A stretch of DNA of 26,775 nucleotides from Octopus sinensis (GCF_006345805.1 NW_021834114.1:1-26775), one strand, 5' to 3'; shown: positions 1-12,203, counted from the first letter of the stretch. Numbers and translations are program-made. Notes: a model not told the origin generated them from the letters alone.

Positions 1-335
1 ATTGGCAAGTTCTAGGTGAGCACATGAAGGAGAGAGAGAGAGAGGGAGCGAGGGAGAGTGAGTGTGTGTGTCAGTGTGTTTATATGTGTGAGAGGGTGTG
101 TTTGTGTGTGTGCCTGCGTACATGCATGCGTGTGTGAGTGTATGTGATTGAGGGAGAAGATATGCACCAATACTATATTTCTAAAGATGTGTTGTGAAAG
201 TGTCTATATGTAAATGAGTATGTATGTATACATATATATATATATACACACACACATATATACATATATATATAAATGTATATATATATATATATATATA
301 ATATATATATATATATATGTATGTATGTATGTATA

Positions 336-500
336 GGCTGCTGGAGTGGCTGTGTGGTAAGTAGCTTACTTACCAACCACACGGTTCCGGGTTCAGTCCC
401 ACTGTGTGACATCTTGGGCATGTCTCTTCTACTATAGTCTCAGGCCAGCCAAAGCCTTGTGAGTGGATTTGGTAAATAGAAACTGAAAGAAGACTGCTGT
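336..500 (+). mobile_element. SINE family A head
   Basis: A and B boxes plus the CORE-like segment, ending at a TA tract. Confidence 0.85.
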
Positions 501-527
501 GTATATGTATGTATATATATATAATTA

Positions 528-921
528 TTATTATTACTTGAGGGAATAAAATCCAAAACTTACAAGGAAAAAAATTCAATTTAGAAATACTATATCAAAT
601 TTCACGCAATATAATATATATATAAAAAATTAGAAAAAAAACACCTTTTATCAATTCAAAATGAACAATTAAATTACACCATCTAGAAAATTACATATAA
701 TAGAAATATTAACATTAAAATAACAATAAAATGTCAATGATTAAGTAAATTGCAAAAAAATAATAATAATAACGTATATAATTTGTAGAATAATGACACG
801 TGTTTCTTTGCTATATTTAAGAAATGATTATAGTGGTAGAGAAATCACTTCGATATAAATATAGTCACTCATCAGGTTAAAAATAAACTAGAACAATAAA
901 ATAATTAATTAATAAATATAC

Positions 922-963
<42 letters not shown>

Positions 964-1315
964 ATACTAAATATACATAAGTGAAAACTAAAACAATACT
1001 TAAATTATTAAATACTTTAAAATTAAATAAAATACACAAAGCTAGTACAAGTCATTAAATTGTAATCAAAATAAGAAATGGTTCAAATATAGACAAACTC
1101 CTTAAATAAGCTAACCATATAATAAATATACATGTGTAGTATCTATAGATTTGATATAAGAATCTATAACAAAATTGACTAAATATCAAATAATATAATA
1201 CCAAATTAACTTAAAATTTAATATTACAAATAAATAAGCCACCTAATAATTAAATAATATATTGTCTGATCAAATAAATTCTTAAATTAAATTAAATGTA
1301 ATTCGTTAGATCCCT
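528..1315 (-). mobile_element. AT-rich non-coding Penelope-like terminal fragment
   Basis: Contains the hammerhead at 780-890 and is flanked by (TA)n. Its 3' end (TTTTCCTTGTAAGTTTTGGATTTTATTCCCT + TAA repeats) matches the end of the 2460-2690 element. The Penelope assignment is inferred from the hammerhead. Confidence 0.5.
780..890 (-). ncRNA. Degenerate type I hammerhead ribozyme with an extended stem II
   Basis: Minus strand has CUGAUGA (875-869), stem II CUAUAUUUA/UAAAUAUAG plus inner GAAGUGAU/AUCAUUUC, then GAAA-C(ACGU)G-UC (806-795). Stem I and the base of stem II are imperfect. Confidence 0.6.
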
Positions 1316-1364
1316 TTATATATATATATATATATATATATATTTAAAAAATATATGTGGAGCT

Positions 1365-1790
1365 TTGGTGGTGTTGGTGTCGCTGGTGGTAGCGATGTCA
1401 ATGGTGATGATATTCATGGTGGCAATGATGATAATGATATTGAGGATGGTGATGATAATGATGATGATGATCAAGATGATGATGATGATCATGATGATGG
1501 TGATGGTGGTGGTGGTGGTGGTGGTAGTGGTAATGGTGGTGGTGATGTTGGTGATGGTGATGATGCTGATGATGCTGATGGAAATGATGGTAGTGATGAT
1601 GATGATGACAATGAGGATGATGATGATGATGAAGATGGCAGTGGTATTAATGATGAAGATGATAGTGGTGTTAATGATGATGATGGTGGTGGTGGTGTGG
1701 TGGTGGTGATGCTGCTGACAATGATAACAATAACAATGATGATGTTGATGACGATGACAACAACAAAAATAGCGACAATGATAACGAACA
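1365..1790. repeat. Compound (GAT)n/(GGT)n microsatellite
   Basis: Direct reading. Confidence 0.9.
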
Positions 1791-1868
1791 TGTAGCTAGC
1801 CGAGGAAGAACATAAATCCAACCATGACTAACACCTCTTTTTTCACTTCCATTTTTCCTATTCCACAG

Positions 1869-2035
1869 GTGTCCGACAAGTTTACTGCAGCCAGAAATAT
1901 TTGTATAAAACTTACCAAATTGGAAATCTCACCAAAACTGAACTGTAAAGACATAGTAGACGATACAAATAATACAAGGAATTCAAACAAGACGTGCGTC
2001 TTTCATTCTCAGATTCATATCTCAAACAATCACTC
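1869..2035 (+). CDS. Internal coding exon of an unidentified host gene (phase 0 to phase 2)
   Basis: Branch-like GACTAAC near 1826, long polypyrimidine tract, TTCCACAG| acceptor and CTC|GTGAGT donor. Only one frame is open: VSDKFTAARNICIKLTKLEISPKLNCKDIVDDTNNTRNSNKTCVFHSQIHISNNH(S). The phase matches the next exon. Confidence 0.72.
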
Positions 2036-2459
2036 GTGAGTATATTTCGTTTGTTTTGATTTTGATTTTTCATTAATTAATTTATTTATTTACTCAGTTT
2101 GCAAAGCAGAAAAGGGCAACAAAAACAAAACAATAAAAAAAAGGATATATATCTTTAATTAGAACAAATGACAAAATTGATCTGAGTGAGATACGATGAC
2201 AGAACATTAAGAAAACATCTAAGAAGCACGAGATATTTTACCCGACTGACTTTTGAAGACAATAGTATGTTCCTTTGTGTGTGTGTGTGTGTGTGTGTGT
2301 TCATGTAATCTTTTGTAATTATTTGAAATCTTCCTGTGAGGAGGAAGGGACTACTTTCAAGCATAGATACATATACATATACATATACATATATATATAT
2401 ATATATAAATATAAAAATATACATACATACATATATATATATATTTGTATATATATATA

Positions 2460-2686
2460 AAATTTATTAAATTTATAAGTTTAAATTATTTAAATAATTT
2501 TTATTTTTAACTTTTATATTTTTAAATTAATTTTATGTATTGGCTTATGTTTTTCACTGTTTGATTTGCCTAATAGTGGTTTTATCTCTAATTTAATCTA
2601 ATACAATATATTTATACTATAAAATTGGATTTAATCCTAAATCTAATTTTTCCTGTAAGTTTGGATTTATTCCCTAATATTATTAT

Positions 2687-2690
<4 letters not shown>
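2460..2690 (+). mobile_element. Related AT-rich terminal fragment
   Basis: Ends TTTTCCTGTAAGTTTGGATTTATTCCCTAATATTATT, like the 528-1315 element, and is embedded in (TA)n. Confidence 0.45.
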
Positions 2691-2753
<63 letters not shown>

Positions 2754-2796
2754 GTATGTATGTATGCTGACCATTTTCTTTCCTTCCTACTTGCAG

Positions 2797-2898
2797 GAAT
2801 ACATCAATAGAAGAAAGATATAATGAAAATTTACATTTCAACAACAAGAAAAACAGTTTCTCATCAAGAAATTTGGGCCATCTGATGAGAAACTTCCG
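2797..2898 (+). CDS. Internal coding exon (102 nt, phase 2 to phase 2) of the same gene
   Basis: CTGAC branch, pyrimidine tract, TTGCAG| acceptor and CCG|GTAAGT donor. Only the phase-2 frame is open (NTSIEERYNENLHFNNKKNSFSSRNLGHLMRNF-R), which is the phase left by exon 1869-2035. Confidence 0.72.
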
Positions 2899-4127
2899 GT
2901 AAGTGTTTTCTTTTTTTTTTTGGTGGGGAGTAACTACTAATAATCGACCTTGTCATTACAATATTGTCATAACCCCCATGACAATTCATCTATTTTTCCT
3001 GTTGATGAAATTTTAACCATAGATATTAGACACAAATGAAGTAATTTTTATAAAAATTTCATCTTTTTACATGTTAGAAAGATCCCTCCATGGGAACTTA
3101 ACACCCACAATTTTGTCATTTTATCTAAGCAAAAACGAATACAGTTGTGCTCTTGGAAGCTATAGGGTTACCCGAGCATAAAAGTTGAGCATGATTTGTA
3201 ATTCAATGGTACAACAGTGTAACAGTTTGCTTTGACATACACTTACATTGGGATTTCTGCAATGTGGTGCATAAATTGTCAAGTAAATGAGAGGCATCTT
3301 TGCCTCCACTGACTCAGTTGCAAAGTGTTGAGTAAAGTTATTTGATTGCAGACCTCCTTTCACTCTTTTTATTATCACTGGGTCACACATAGTCCCCAGA
3401 TGGTAACATTGATTTCAAGGCCTTCCCAGATGAGTGACTGGTTATTCAAAGACGTTTATAGATTGTAAATTTATTCTGTCCAGTTACGTATCAGTATAGT
3501 GGTCATTTGCAAACTCCAGATGTAACACTTTCATTTCTCCTTAACCCTCATGTCACACAGTTGTTAATGTTTATTTCAGTTGTATCACGCCCTTCCAATT
3601 GCTATAGATTCGTAATGCATCTTATGGCTGTGCCTCTCACCTGGATGGTGAGGAATCCTACATTGGGAGTAGTAACGACTAGGGTAGGGTAGCTGACTGC
3701 TTATTGTGATCATTCGTCTTTTGGTTTCCAGTAGCTTTACTCTCTTTTACAAACCCAGTGAACATATATTTCCTATTTCGAAGAAATTCAAACAATAGAT
3801 ATAAGACCCAAGTTAAAAAGATTCTTAACAATTCAACTTCTCTGCTTGACATTAAGACACCCACCCCCAACAGGGGCCTTAATTCTCACATTTTAGAGCT
3901 CCATGACCTTCATTTTTCAGGGGCAAAATCCTTTTAACAGGTTCAATAAGATTGGAATTTTGGAATATGCACATAAAAATCAGTAGTATGGCACGATTAC
4001 AATTTTTTTCAGGGTGTGTAAAGAGGGAAATAACCCTCATCTGCAATTTTGATGAAATTTGAAACATAGATATTCCAGTTCATTACAGAAAATATAACAG
4101 AAAAGTCTAATTCTTCAATTGCATGTA

Positions 4128-4157
4128 ACACAAGCAACGCCGGGTATCTCTGCTAGT
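4128..4157 (+). mobile_element. Probable Helitron 3' terminus
   Basis: ACACAAGCAACGCCGGGT (a degenerate hairpin), then ATCTCTG-CTAG|T. It closes a microsatellite-free block of about 1.2 kb (from about 2930) that may be the element body. No 5' TC end was located. Confidence 0.5.
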
Positions 4158-4304
4158 ATATATACATTCATATATATACACATTATGTACATATATGATA
4201 TGTGTGTATGCATGTTTGTGCATACATGTGGTTGTACTGTGTAGATGTGTGTGTGTGTGTGTGTGTGCATGTATGCTATTACAAATCGATATTTATATGC
4301 AAAA

Positions 4305-4547
4305 CTGATGATTAGTAATAATAATCATAAAGCTGGTTGTGTTCATAATGGTGATGATGATAACGTTCACAATGATGATGGTAATGAGGATGAGGATGAT
4401 GACAACAACAAGGATGATGTTGACGACATGATGATAATGACGATGATGACGATGATGACAACAACAACAACAACAATGATGATGAGGTGACGACGATGAT
4501 GTTCATGATGTTGGGAATGATGATGATGATGATTATTATGATGATGA

Positions 4548-4581
<34 letters not shown>

Positions 4582-5070
4582 GGTGGTGGTGGCGGCGGTG
4601 ATGGTGATGATGATGATGATGACGATGATGGGAGAGATGTCAAAGTGGGAGTGGTAGTGGAGATGTTAGGGTGGTAGTAGTAATGGTAGCATTTGTGGTG
4701 GTTGTGGTGGTGTTTGCAATGATAATCACGATTATGATGATAATGTATTAATGTGCGCACACACACACCCGCACACGTAGACCACCCCCACAAGTACACA
4801 CATATTCACAATCACTGGTAGATACATACACATACTTACACACACACACACAAACACACTCGCACACACACATACGCATGCACACACAAACATACACACA
4901 TATATACACACAAACACATACATTTTCACCAACTGTATTCCCTGAAGATCTTATTATGAAATTTAACACTTCTCAAAATAACACACATATTCACACACAT
5001 ACACACACATACACAACACACATATATTCATTCATGCATACACACACACATACATACACACAGACACTCA

Positions 5071-5105
<35 letters not shown>
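4305..5105. repeat. Compound (GAT)n/(GGT)n then (CA)n microsatellites
   Basis: Direct reading. Confidence 0.9.
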
Positions 5106-5108
<3 letters not shown>

Positions 5109-5345
5109 AAACACAAATATCTCTTTGATGAATTTAGAACAGCTTAATTTGTAATCCATCATTTTTCTGTCTCCAACTTTGCGTAGCTGACGTAGAGCGG
5201 AGGGTGTTGGGGGTGTGGGGTGGGTAGTGGGACGTGGGGGTGGGGTTTTGAACACATCCAGGTGAGAGTTAACGTAAAAGTGTGATAGGATAATACACCT
5301 AGTTTGAATAATTGATTTGTTTATGCATGGCTCTATACAGGTATG

Positions 5346-5379
<34 letters not shown>

Positions 5380-5589
5380 ATATGTATTGATCTACCCACT
5401 ATTTACTCTCTCTCTCTTCTCTCTTTCTCCTTCTTTTTCTCTCTGTATATATATATATGGAGAGAGAGAGAGAGAGATACATAGCTAGCTAGACAGACAG
5501 ATGCATACACAGACAGACAGACAGATAGATAGATAGATGCATATATATATTTATATATATATAAATGTAAGTATGTATGCATAGCTCCA

Positions 5590-6540
5590 AGGCTAAGAAG
5601 CATTCTTCACAAATTACATGGCTTGGAGTTCAGTCCCACTGCATGGCACCTTGGCATTTGTCTTTTACTATAGCTTGAGGTGATAAAGCCTTGTGAGTGG
5701 ATTTGGTAGATAAACACTCAAATAATCCCTTTCGAGTGTTGGGCCGGACAGAGGCAATATGACTGAGTTCCTTTCAAGCGTTGGGCCTAATGAAGGCGAG
5801 GTGGCTGAGTTCCTTTCGAGCAAGCCTCACAGAGGTGAAGCGGTTGTGTCCCTTTCAAGTGTTGGGCTTCATGAAGGTGAGGTAATGAGTTCCTTTCAAG
5901 TGTTGGGCCTCATGGAGGCAAAGTGGCTGAGTTCCTTTCAAGCGTTGGGCCTCATGGAGGCGAGGTGGCTGAGTTCCTTTCGAGCATTGGGCCTCATGGA
6001 GGCGAGATGGCTAAGTTCCTTTTGAGCGAGCCTCACGGAGGTGAGGTGGTTGTGTACCTTTCAAGTGTTGGGCTTCATGAAGGTGAGGTGGCTGAGTCCC
6101 TTTCAAGTGTTGGGCCTCATGGAGGCGAGGTGACTGAGTTCCTTTCAAGCATTGGGCCTCATGGAGGCGAGGTGGCTGAGTCCCTTCCAAGCATTGGGCC
6201 TCATGGAGGCAAGGTGGCTGAGTTCCTTTTGAGCAGGCCTCATGGAGGCAATGACCAAGACCTTTGCCATTATGTCATGCTTGAGAAGAAGACCCATCAA
6301 GCCGAGCAAAATCACATTGATAGCAGATTCCAGTGTCATGCAAATGGTACACGTGTTGGTGGAATGTAAAAGTACCCATTACTCTCTTGGAGTGGTTGGC
6401 ATTAGGAAGGGAATCCAGCCATAGAAAACCATGCCAAATCAGACTGGAGCCTGGCGCAGCCTTCCAGCGTGCCAGCCCAGGCAAACCGTCCAGCTCATGC
6501 TAGCATGGACAACGGATGTTAAATGATGATGATGATGATG
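5590..6540 (+). mobile_element. Composite SINE: family A-like head, 42-bp minisatellite, and family B body with a (GAT)n tail
   Basis: Degenerate head at 5590-5720, array at 5727-6250, GTTGGCATTAGGAAGGGAATCCAGCC block, and the end GGATGTTAAATGATGATG. Confidence 0.75.
5727..6250. repeat. 42-bp minisatellite (about 12-13 units) with an about 206-bp higher-order period
   Basis: Unit GAGTTCCTTTCAAGCGTTGGGCCTCATGGAGGCGAGGTGGCT (for example GTTCCTTT at 5931 and 5973). The variant GGGCTTCATGAAGGTGAGG recurs at 5864 and 6070. Confidence 0.9.
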
Positions 6541-6671
6541 ATATACATACATACATACATATATACACCTACACACACATCAATATGTATATATACAATT
6601 CAAACAAACACAGAGAAAAAAGAAAAAGAAAAAAACAAACGAACATGCGGATGGGGCACAAGCAAGGTATT

Positions 6672-6870
6672 GCTTGTCCCCCCAGCATCGCTTGACAACC
6701 GATGCTGGTGCGTTAACGTCTCCGTAACTTAGCAGTTCAGCAAAACGGATCGATAGAACAAGTACTAGGCTTACAAAGAATAAGTCCAGGGGGTCGATTT
6801 GCTCGACTAAAAGGCGGTGCTCCAGCATGGCCGCAGTCAAATGACTGAAACAAGTAAAAGAGTAAAGAGA
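6672..6870 (+). mobile_element. SINE family A tail
   Basis: Matches 7095-7282. Confidence 0.85.
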
Positions 6871-6889
6871 GCATAGAAATATATATATA

Positions 6890-7282
6890 GGCGCAGGAGT
6901 GGCTGTGTGGTAAGTAGCTTGCTAACCAACCACATGGTTCCGGGTTCGGTCCCACTGCGTGGCACCTTGGGCAAGTGTTTTCTACTATAGCCTCGGGCTG
7001 ACTAAAGCCTTGTGAGTGGATTTGATAGACGGAAACTGAAAGAAGCCCGTCGTATATATGTATGTATAAGCATATGTCTGTTTGTGTGTCTGTGTTTGTC
7101 CCCCTAGCAATGCTTGACAACCGATGCTGGTGTGTTTATGTCCCCGTTACCTAGCGGTTCGGCAAAAGAGACCGATAGAATAAGTACTGGGCTTACAAAA
7201 GAATAAGTCCCGGGGTCGAGTTGCTCGATTAAAGGCAGTACTCCAGCATGGCCGCAGTCAAATGACTGAAGTAAAAGAGAGT
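6890..7282 (+). mobile_element. tRNA-derived SINE family A (CORE-like), full length
   Basis: A box TGGCTGTGTGG, B box GGTTCGGTCC, CORE-like CACCTTGGGCAAGT, an internal (TA/TG)n spacer and a tail ending AAATGACTGAA..GTAAAAGAG. Many copies occur in the window. Confidence 0.9.
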
Positions 7283-7732
7283 ATAAACATATATATGTAT
7301 GTATGTATATATGTATATACATATATACATATACATATAAATATATATACACGCATATATACATACATATGTGTGTGTATACACATGCATGTATGTATAT
7401 ATATATATATATATATATTTAGAGAGCATACATGCAGATGGAGAAGGGCAGGAGCAGACATTTTAAATATAATGAAAGGGTTAAATCACGAGAACAGCAA
7501 AGTACCTAGTGTGGTGGCATAGAAAGAAAATTATGATCTTGAGGTCAAACGTTCGATTCGTTAATTTACTAATGAACGTTCGGCATTTATAAATACTAAC
7601 GACCTTTGCCTTCGTGGCTATGAAAAAAATCACATACACTTAAATCTGTTTACGGGTTTTTGATAATTGTATTATTCTTCAATAAATCATGAAAGTTGCC
7701 AGAATTTAGTATTCTGCTGACCTCCAGTATGT

Positions 7733-7770
<38 letters not shown>

Positions 7771-8008
7771 ATCTATGTATGTGCATAAATATGCTTGTGG
7801 GTGTGTATGTAGATAGATAGATAGATAAATAGATAGATAGATAGCTATGTATACATATGTACTAACCATTGTACTAAACGTTGATACACCTATATAGATA
7901 TATACATATACAGGTAAACATACAAACACACACACACACACATACACAATTTTATATACAATTTCATTTATCTAGCTATCTATCTGTCTCTCTCTCTCCC
8001 TCTCTCTC

Positions 8009-8056
<48 letters not shown>

Positions 8057-8068
8057 AACATATGCATA

Positions 8069-8336
8069 TAAACCGTCCAACCCATGCCAGCATGGAAAAC
8101 AGACGTTAAACGATGATGATGATGACGATGATGATGATGATGATGATAATAATGATATATATATGTATGTATTTGTATATATATATATATATATATATAC
8201 AAATACATACATATATATATCATTATTATCATCATCATCATCATCATCGTCATCATCATCATCATCATCATCGTCATCATCATCATCATCATCGTTTAAC
8301 GTCTGTTTTCCATGCTGGCATGGGTTGGACGGTTTA
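8069..8336. repeat. Long palindrome centred on (TA)n
   Basis: The arms are exact reverse complements about 8187/8188, except for the length of the (CAT)n tract. Confidence 0.9.
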
Positions 8337-8495
8337 ACCAGGGTCTGGGAAGCCAGGAAGCTGCACCAAGCTCCAGTCTGATTAGGCAGTGCTTCTACAG
8401 CTGGATGCTCTTCCTAACGCCAACCCCTCGGTGAGTGTAGTGGGTGCTTTTTACATGCCACCGGCACAGGTGCCAGGGGAGGCTGGCAATGCCAC
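8222..8495 (-). mobile_element. SINE family B 3' part
   Basis: (CAT)n-CGTTTAACGTC...CTGGATGC.CTTCCTAACGCCAACC. Confidence 0.85.
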
Positions 8496-8557
8496 ATGCA
8501 CGTATACATGCATATATATAAATACTTACATATGTATGTATATACACATGTATATAT

Positions 8558-8880
8558 GGGTACCGGACGTCATAGAACCTAAACAACATGAAATACAAAA
8601 ACATAGAATACAAACTTTCTTGTGAACAACAAAAGGAACAAATGGAAAACAAGACAAGCAACATAAAGAGTGACCCTTCATCAGTGGTCGGCTGTTTGAT
8701 CTACTCAACATTTTGAGCATTTATAAAAGATGTGCCTTCATGAAAACAGTTGCTCCTGCAAAGCAAATTAAATAAAATATGAGATTTGCAAAGGATGAAA
8801 GTTGATAACAAAAACAGGACAGTGAAAATGAAAAGGGCTGTTAAGCCATGATGAGGTAAGGTGGCAAATGAAGGAGAAAC
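8558..8880 (-). mobile_element. Interspersed repeat, family E (possibly a Penelope-like terminus)
   Basis: Aligns by eye with 11830-12200 in the opposite orientation, sharing CTGTTTTTGTT.CAACTTT, ACAGCCGAC.ACTGA and the terminal GACGTCC.GTACCC. Confidence 0.6.
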
Positions 8881-8886
8881 AAGCTT

Positions 8887-9113
8887 TGTGTGTGTATATG
8901 TTTGTGTGTCTGTGTTTGTCCTCCCATCATCGCTTGACAAACAATGCTGGTGTGTTTACGTCCCTGTAACTTAGCGGTTTGGCAAAAGACACCAATAGAA
9001 TAAGCACTAGGCTTACAAAGATAAAGTCCTGGGGTCGATTTGCTCAAACAAAGGGAGTGCTCAAGCATGGCTGCAGTCAAATGACTGAAACAAGTAAAAG
9101 AGATAAAAGAGAG
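8887..9113 (+). mobile_element. SINE family A tail
   Basis: Matches the tail of the full-length copies. Confidence 0.85.
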
Positions 9114-9115
9114 AG

Positions 9116-9238
9116 TATTATTATTGTTAAAACAGTAATAATGAGGTGGCTTCTTTTCTTCAAATATTCTATATTATACCTGTTTAGGTAGAAGTCTTGT
9201 TAGCCACCTCATTATTACTGTTTTTAACAGTAATAATA
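9116..9238. repeat. Inverted repeat with about 36-bp arms and a 50-bp spacer
   Basis: TATTATTATTGTTAAAACAGTAATAATGAGGTGGCT / AGCCACCTCATTATTACTGTTTTTAACAGTAATAATA. Confidence 0.85.
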
Positions 9239-9273
9239 TTTCACATATTTGCTTATATATATATATATATATA

Positions 9274-9321
<48 letters not shown>

Positions 9322-9332
9322 TATGTATAGTA

Positions 9333-9492
9333 TGGGCTTCTTTCAATTTTTTGTCTGCTAAATCCACTCACGAGGCTTTGGTCAGCCAGAGGTTATAATA
9401 GAAGACACTTGCCCAAGGTACCATGCAGTGGAACTGAACCCAGAACCACGTGGTTGGTAAGCAAGCTACTTACCACACAGCCACACCTGTGC
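9333..9492 (-). mobile_element. SINE family A head
   Basis: Reverse complement of the head. Confidence 0.85.
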
Positions 9493-9709
9493 AATAAATA
9501 CATCTCAAGCGAAATTCTTTTCAAAGACCCTTAGTATACTACTGTGGGTCCCCAATTTACTATTTCATTTGTGCAGACCCCACAACAGAAAAGCACCATA
9601 GAATTATTATACATCAGTGAATTCCACCAATATATATATTTAAACAAAATACAGGTTTTAGCAGACTGATAATCATAATCAGGCAGAACTTACCATACCA
9701 CCAGTATGC

Positions 9710-10245
9710 ACAGGTATATGCATATTTGAATGTATAAAGATGTTTGGATATATCCATAAATTCTTTTGGTTATGCTTGGAAATTCAGCTCGAAAATTTGA
9801 TGACTGCTTCTGGTAGGAAGAGGTACCAGAGGAATCTACTCTCCCACATCATAAAAGTGAAATCATTCATTTTGAACTTTCCATGGAAACATCTCTGGTG
9901 GTAAGGAAATTCCATTTTATGCTCAGTGCAGTCTCTTACCTGTGGTGAGAAGATTACAGTGGTTTTGTCATGCGTTGTGGCACCCCCTTCACAAACTCAT
10001 CTGAATCCTCCCCCAGGTTAGTGTAAGTGGAGAGGTGGTACACTGAAGATGTGGCTCACAACATTCACAGCAGATATGAAGCAAACTTCTGGCCCTCAAG
10101 TCTTTGGTGTTCATCACTGGAACCAGAAATGGCTTCAAAATGCTGCAGAATTCGCTGCCAACAGATGTTCATGGACTACCTTCAACTCAATAGGAGCCTG
10201 CTTAACCCATTCCAGGTGAATGTCATTACAAGATAAGACAAGAGA
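9710..10245 (+). mobile_element. Decayed RTE-like LINE 3' fragment (second family)
   Basis: RRLQWFCHAL...GGTLKMWLTTFTADMKQTSGPQVFGVHHWNQKWLQNAAEFAANRCSW resembles the post-RT C-terminus of RTE elements, with a (CAAGA)-type tail. The 5' boundary is approximate. Confidence 0.65.
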
Positions 10246-10279
10246 GTAAGGAAATATTACCTTGCTTGGAAAAAGGAAC

Positions 10280-10385
10280 CAGTTGGTGGCAGGAAGGATA
10301 TCTAGCCATAGAAAATTTGCCTCAAAGAATTCTCTTTAAACCATGCAAGCACGGAAAAATAGATGCTGACATCATAATGATGATG
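10280..10385 (+). mobile_element. Old SINE family B-related 3' fragment
   Basis: GTTGGTGGCAGGAAGGATATCTAGCCATAGAAA...CCATGCAAGCACGGAAAA followed by (GAT)n. Confidence 0.55.
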
Positions 10386-10499
10386 ATGCTGATGATGATA
10401 ATGATGAGGTCGATGATGATGATGTTGACAGCAATGATAACAATGAGGCTAATGATGGCAATGATGATGTTGATGATAAGTTATGCATCTGCATGTCAG

Positions 10500-10808
10500 A
10501 AGGAGTAAAGGGAATGACCATGGGATTTCACCTAGAAATTTACCCTCCAAGGCACAAGTCTGGGTAAGGCTGTTTTTTATGGAAGACCAACAGCCATCCA
10601 TGCATACCAGGCTCCCCTCTCCATGCCACCAATGTTACCCAAAGGAAGGGCAAAAGCCGATACAGCTTGGCACGTATGATGTCACGACTCATTTCTGCAC
10701 CTGAATGAACTGGAGTGCTCTGGAATATGACACACAGCATGGTCCGCGAATTGAACTCACTACCTCATGATTGTAAACCTGACGCTGTAACCACTGAGTC
10801 ATGCACCA
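10500..10808 (-). mobile_element. tRNA-derived SINE family D
   Basis: Minus strand begins GGTGCATGACTCAGTGGTTA (A box)...GAGTTCAATTC (B box). It is a single copy here and does not form a full tRNA cloverleaf. Confidence 0.65.
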
Positions 10809-11049
10809 TCAGATATGTACATAGATATATACAAATACATACATGGGAATACACACTCACATACATACATAGACACGCATTTTTATATGTGAACCGTATT
10901 TCCCTGGTACCATAGCAACTGTCATTAACCATCATATATCTTGGTGAAATAAAAAGAATTTATGGCTAAAATGGCTGGAATGGTCATTTTCTCTTGTCTT
11001 GTTAATTCTGGTTGACTGACATTTTCTAAGTTTCAATACTGTTCACATA

Positions 11050-11130
11050 AATATATATATATGTGTGTGGGTGGATGGGTGGGGGTATGTGTATATATGT
11101 GTGTGTGTACGTGCATGTGTGTGTGTGCAG

Positions 11131-11179
<49 letters not shown>

Positions 11180-11481
11180 AATATACAGATAGATATATTT
11201 ATCTATATTCATATATAATATATATAATATATAATATATATAGGTATCTATTGCTGATATATATGTTATATATATATATATATATATAGGTATATCTATC
11301 TGAGATATCTGGTATATATATTATATATATAATATATATATATATATACACATATATATATGTATATGTACACATACATGTACACCACATACATATATGC
11401 ACACATACTAAAGCAAACATACATGCATATAGACACTCACACACACATGTGCACACACACCAATGCACACACATATGTATG

Positions 11482-11520
<39 letters not shown>

Positions 11521-11820
11521 ACAAATGCACACGCAGATAGCACATACATACTCATACAAGCAAGAACGCATATATGAATACACACACACATATACAGAGT
11601 GTGTACATGTATACAGATTTTATATGTGTATTTCATATGTGTGTATACAATATTATCAGTATGTATTTGTGTTTGGGTATACATAGACAGAGCGTATGGT
11701 TTTTAACATATTTGAGTCACATAGATAAGAAAGTAGAAATATAATACATGCACGGATACCCATACAAATGTATGCTTCCATTTGTGTGTGTGTGTGTGTG
11801 TGCATGTGTGAGTGTGTGTA
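11050..11820. repeat. Compound (TA)n/(CA)n/(GA)n microsatellite field
   Basis: Direct reading. Confidence 0.9.
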
Positions 11821-11829
11821 TTGGACATT

Positions 11830-12200
11830 TTTTCTCTCTCTTCTATCCTTTCTCTTTTCAAAGAAAATATTTCTCCCAGCGTTCACTATTTTCCTCTCAT
11901 TCTGGTCTAACAACCCTCCATGTTTGTTTTTCGTTTGGTTTCCTTGTATGTCTCCACTGTTCTGTTTTTGTTCCCAACTTTGACCCTCCATAAATCCTAA
12001 ATTTTATTTCAGAATTCATGGGTGCATCTGTCTTTGAACACTCATATTGTCGCTGAATGCTCAAAATGAGGAGCAGATGGACAGCCGACAACTGACAAAG
12101 GGTTGTTTCTCTGTGTTTACTTGTCTTGCTTTCCAATTTTTTCTCTCATTGTTTACGTATTTAACTTGTTGCTTACACAGTTGGTGACGTCCTGTACCCA
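11830..12200 (+). mobile_element. Interspersed repeat, family E
   Basis: Second copy of 8558-8880, ending GACGTCCTGTACCC next to a TA tract. Confidence 0.6.
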
Positions 12201-12203
12201 TAT

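Noticed and set aside
1355-1821. Asp/Gly-rich, poly-Met and Ser/Pro-rich ORFs
   Set aside because: They are translations of (GAT)/(GGT) microsatellites, open in several frames on both strands.
2878-2905. CTGATGAGAAAC...GTA resembling a hammerhead core
   Set aside because: There is no stem II or stem I pairing, and it lies within a coding exon and its splice donor.
4940-4970. CTGAAGA...GAAA spacing (also CTGATGATGGTGAAA near 18857)
   Set aside because: No credible stems.
5187-5261. Possible exon or G-quadruplex in a G-rich tract
   Set aside because: The best acceptor gives an immediate stop in the required phase. G-runs are common in this low-complexity window.
5759-6369. ORFs with a 14-aa repeat, and a CRISPR-like look of the array
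   Set aside because: This is a 42-bp minisatellite inside a SINE, with no unique spacers and no cas genes, in a eukaryotic context.
6890-6960. tRNA gene-like A and B boxes (also at 10740-10808)
   Set aside because: They are SINE heads continuing into repeat bodies, with no complete cloverleaf.
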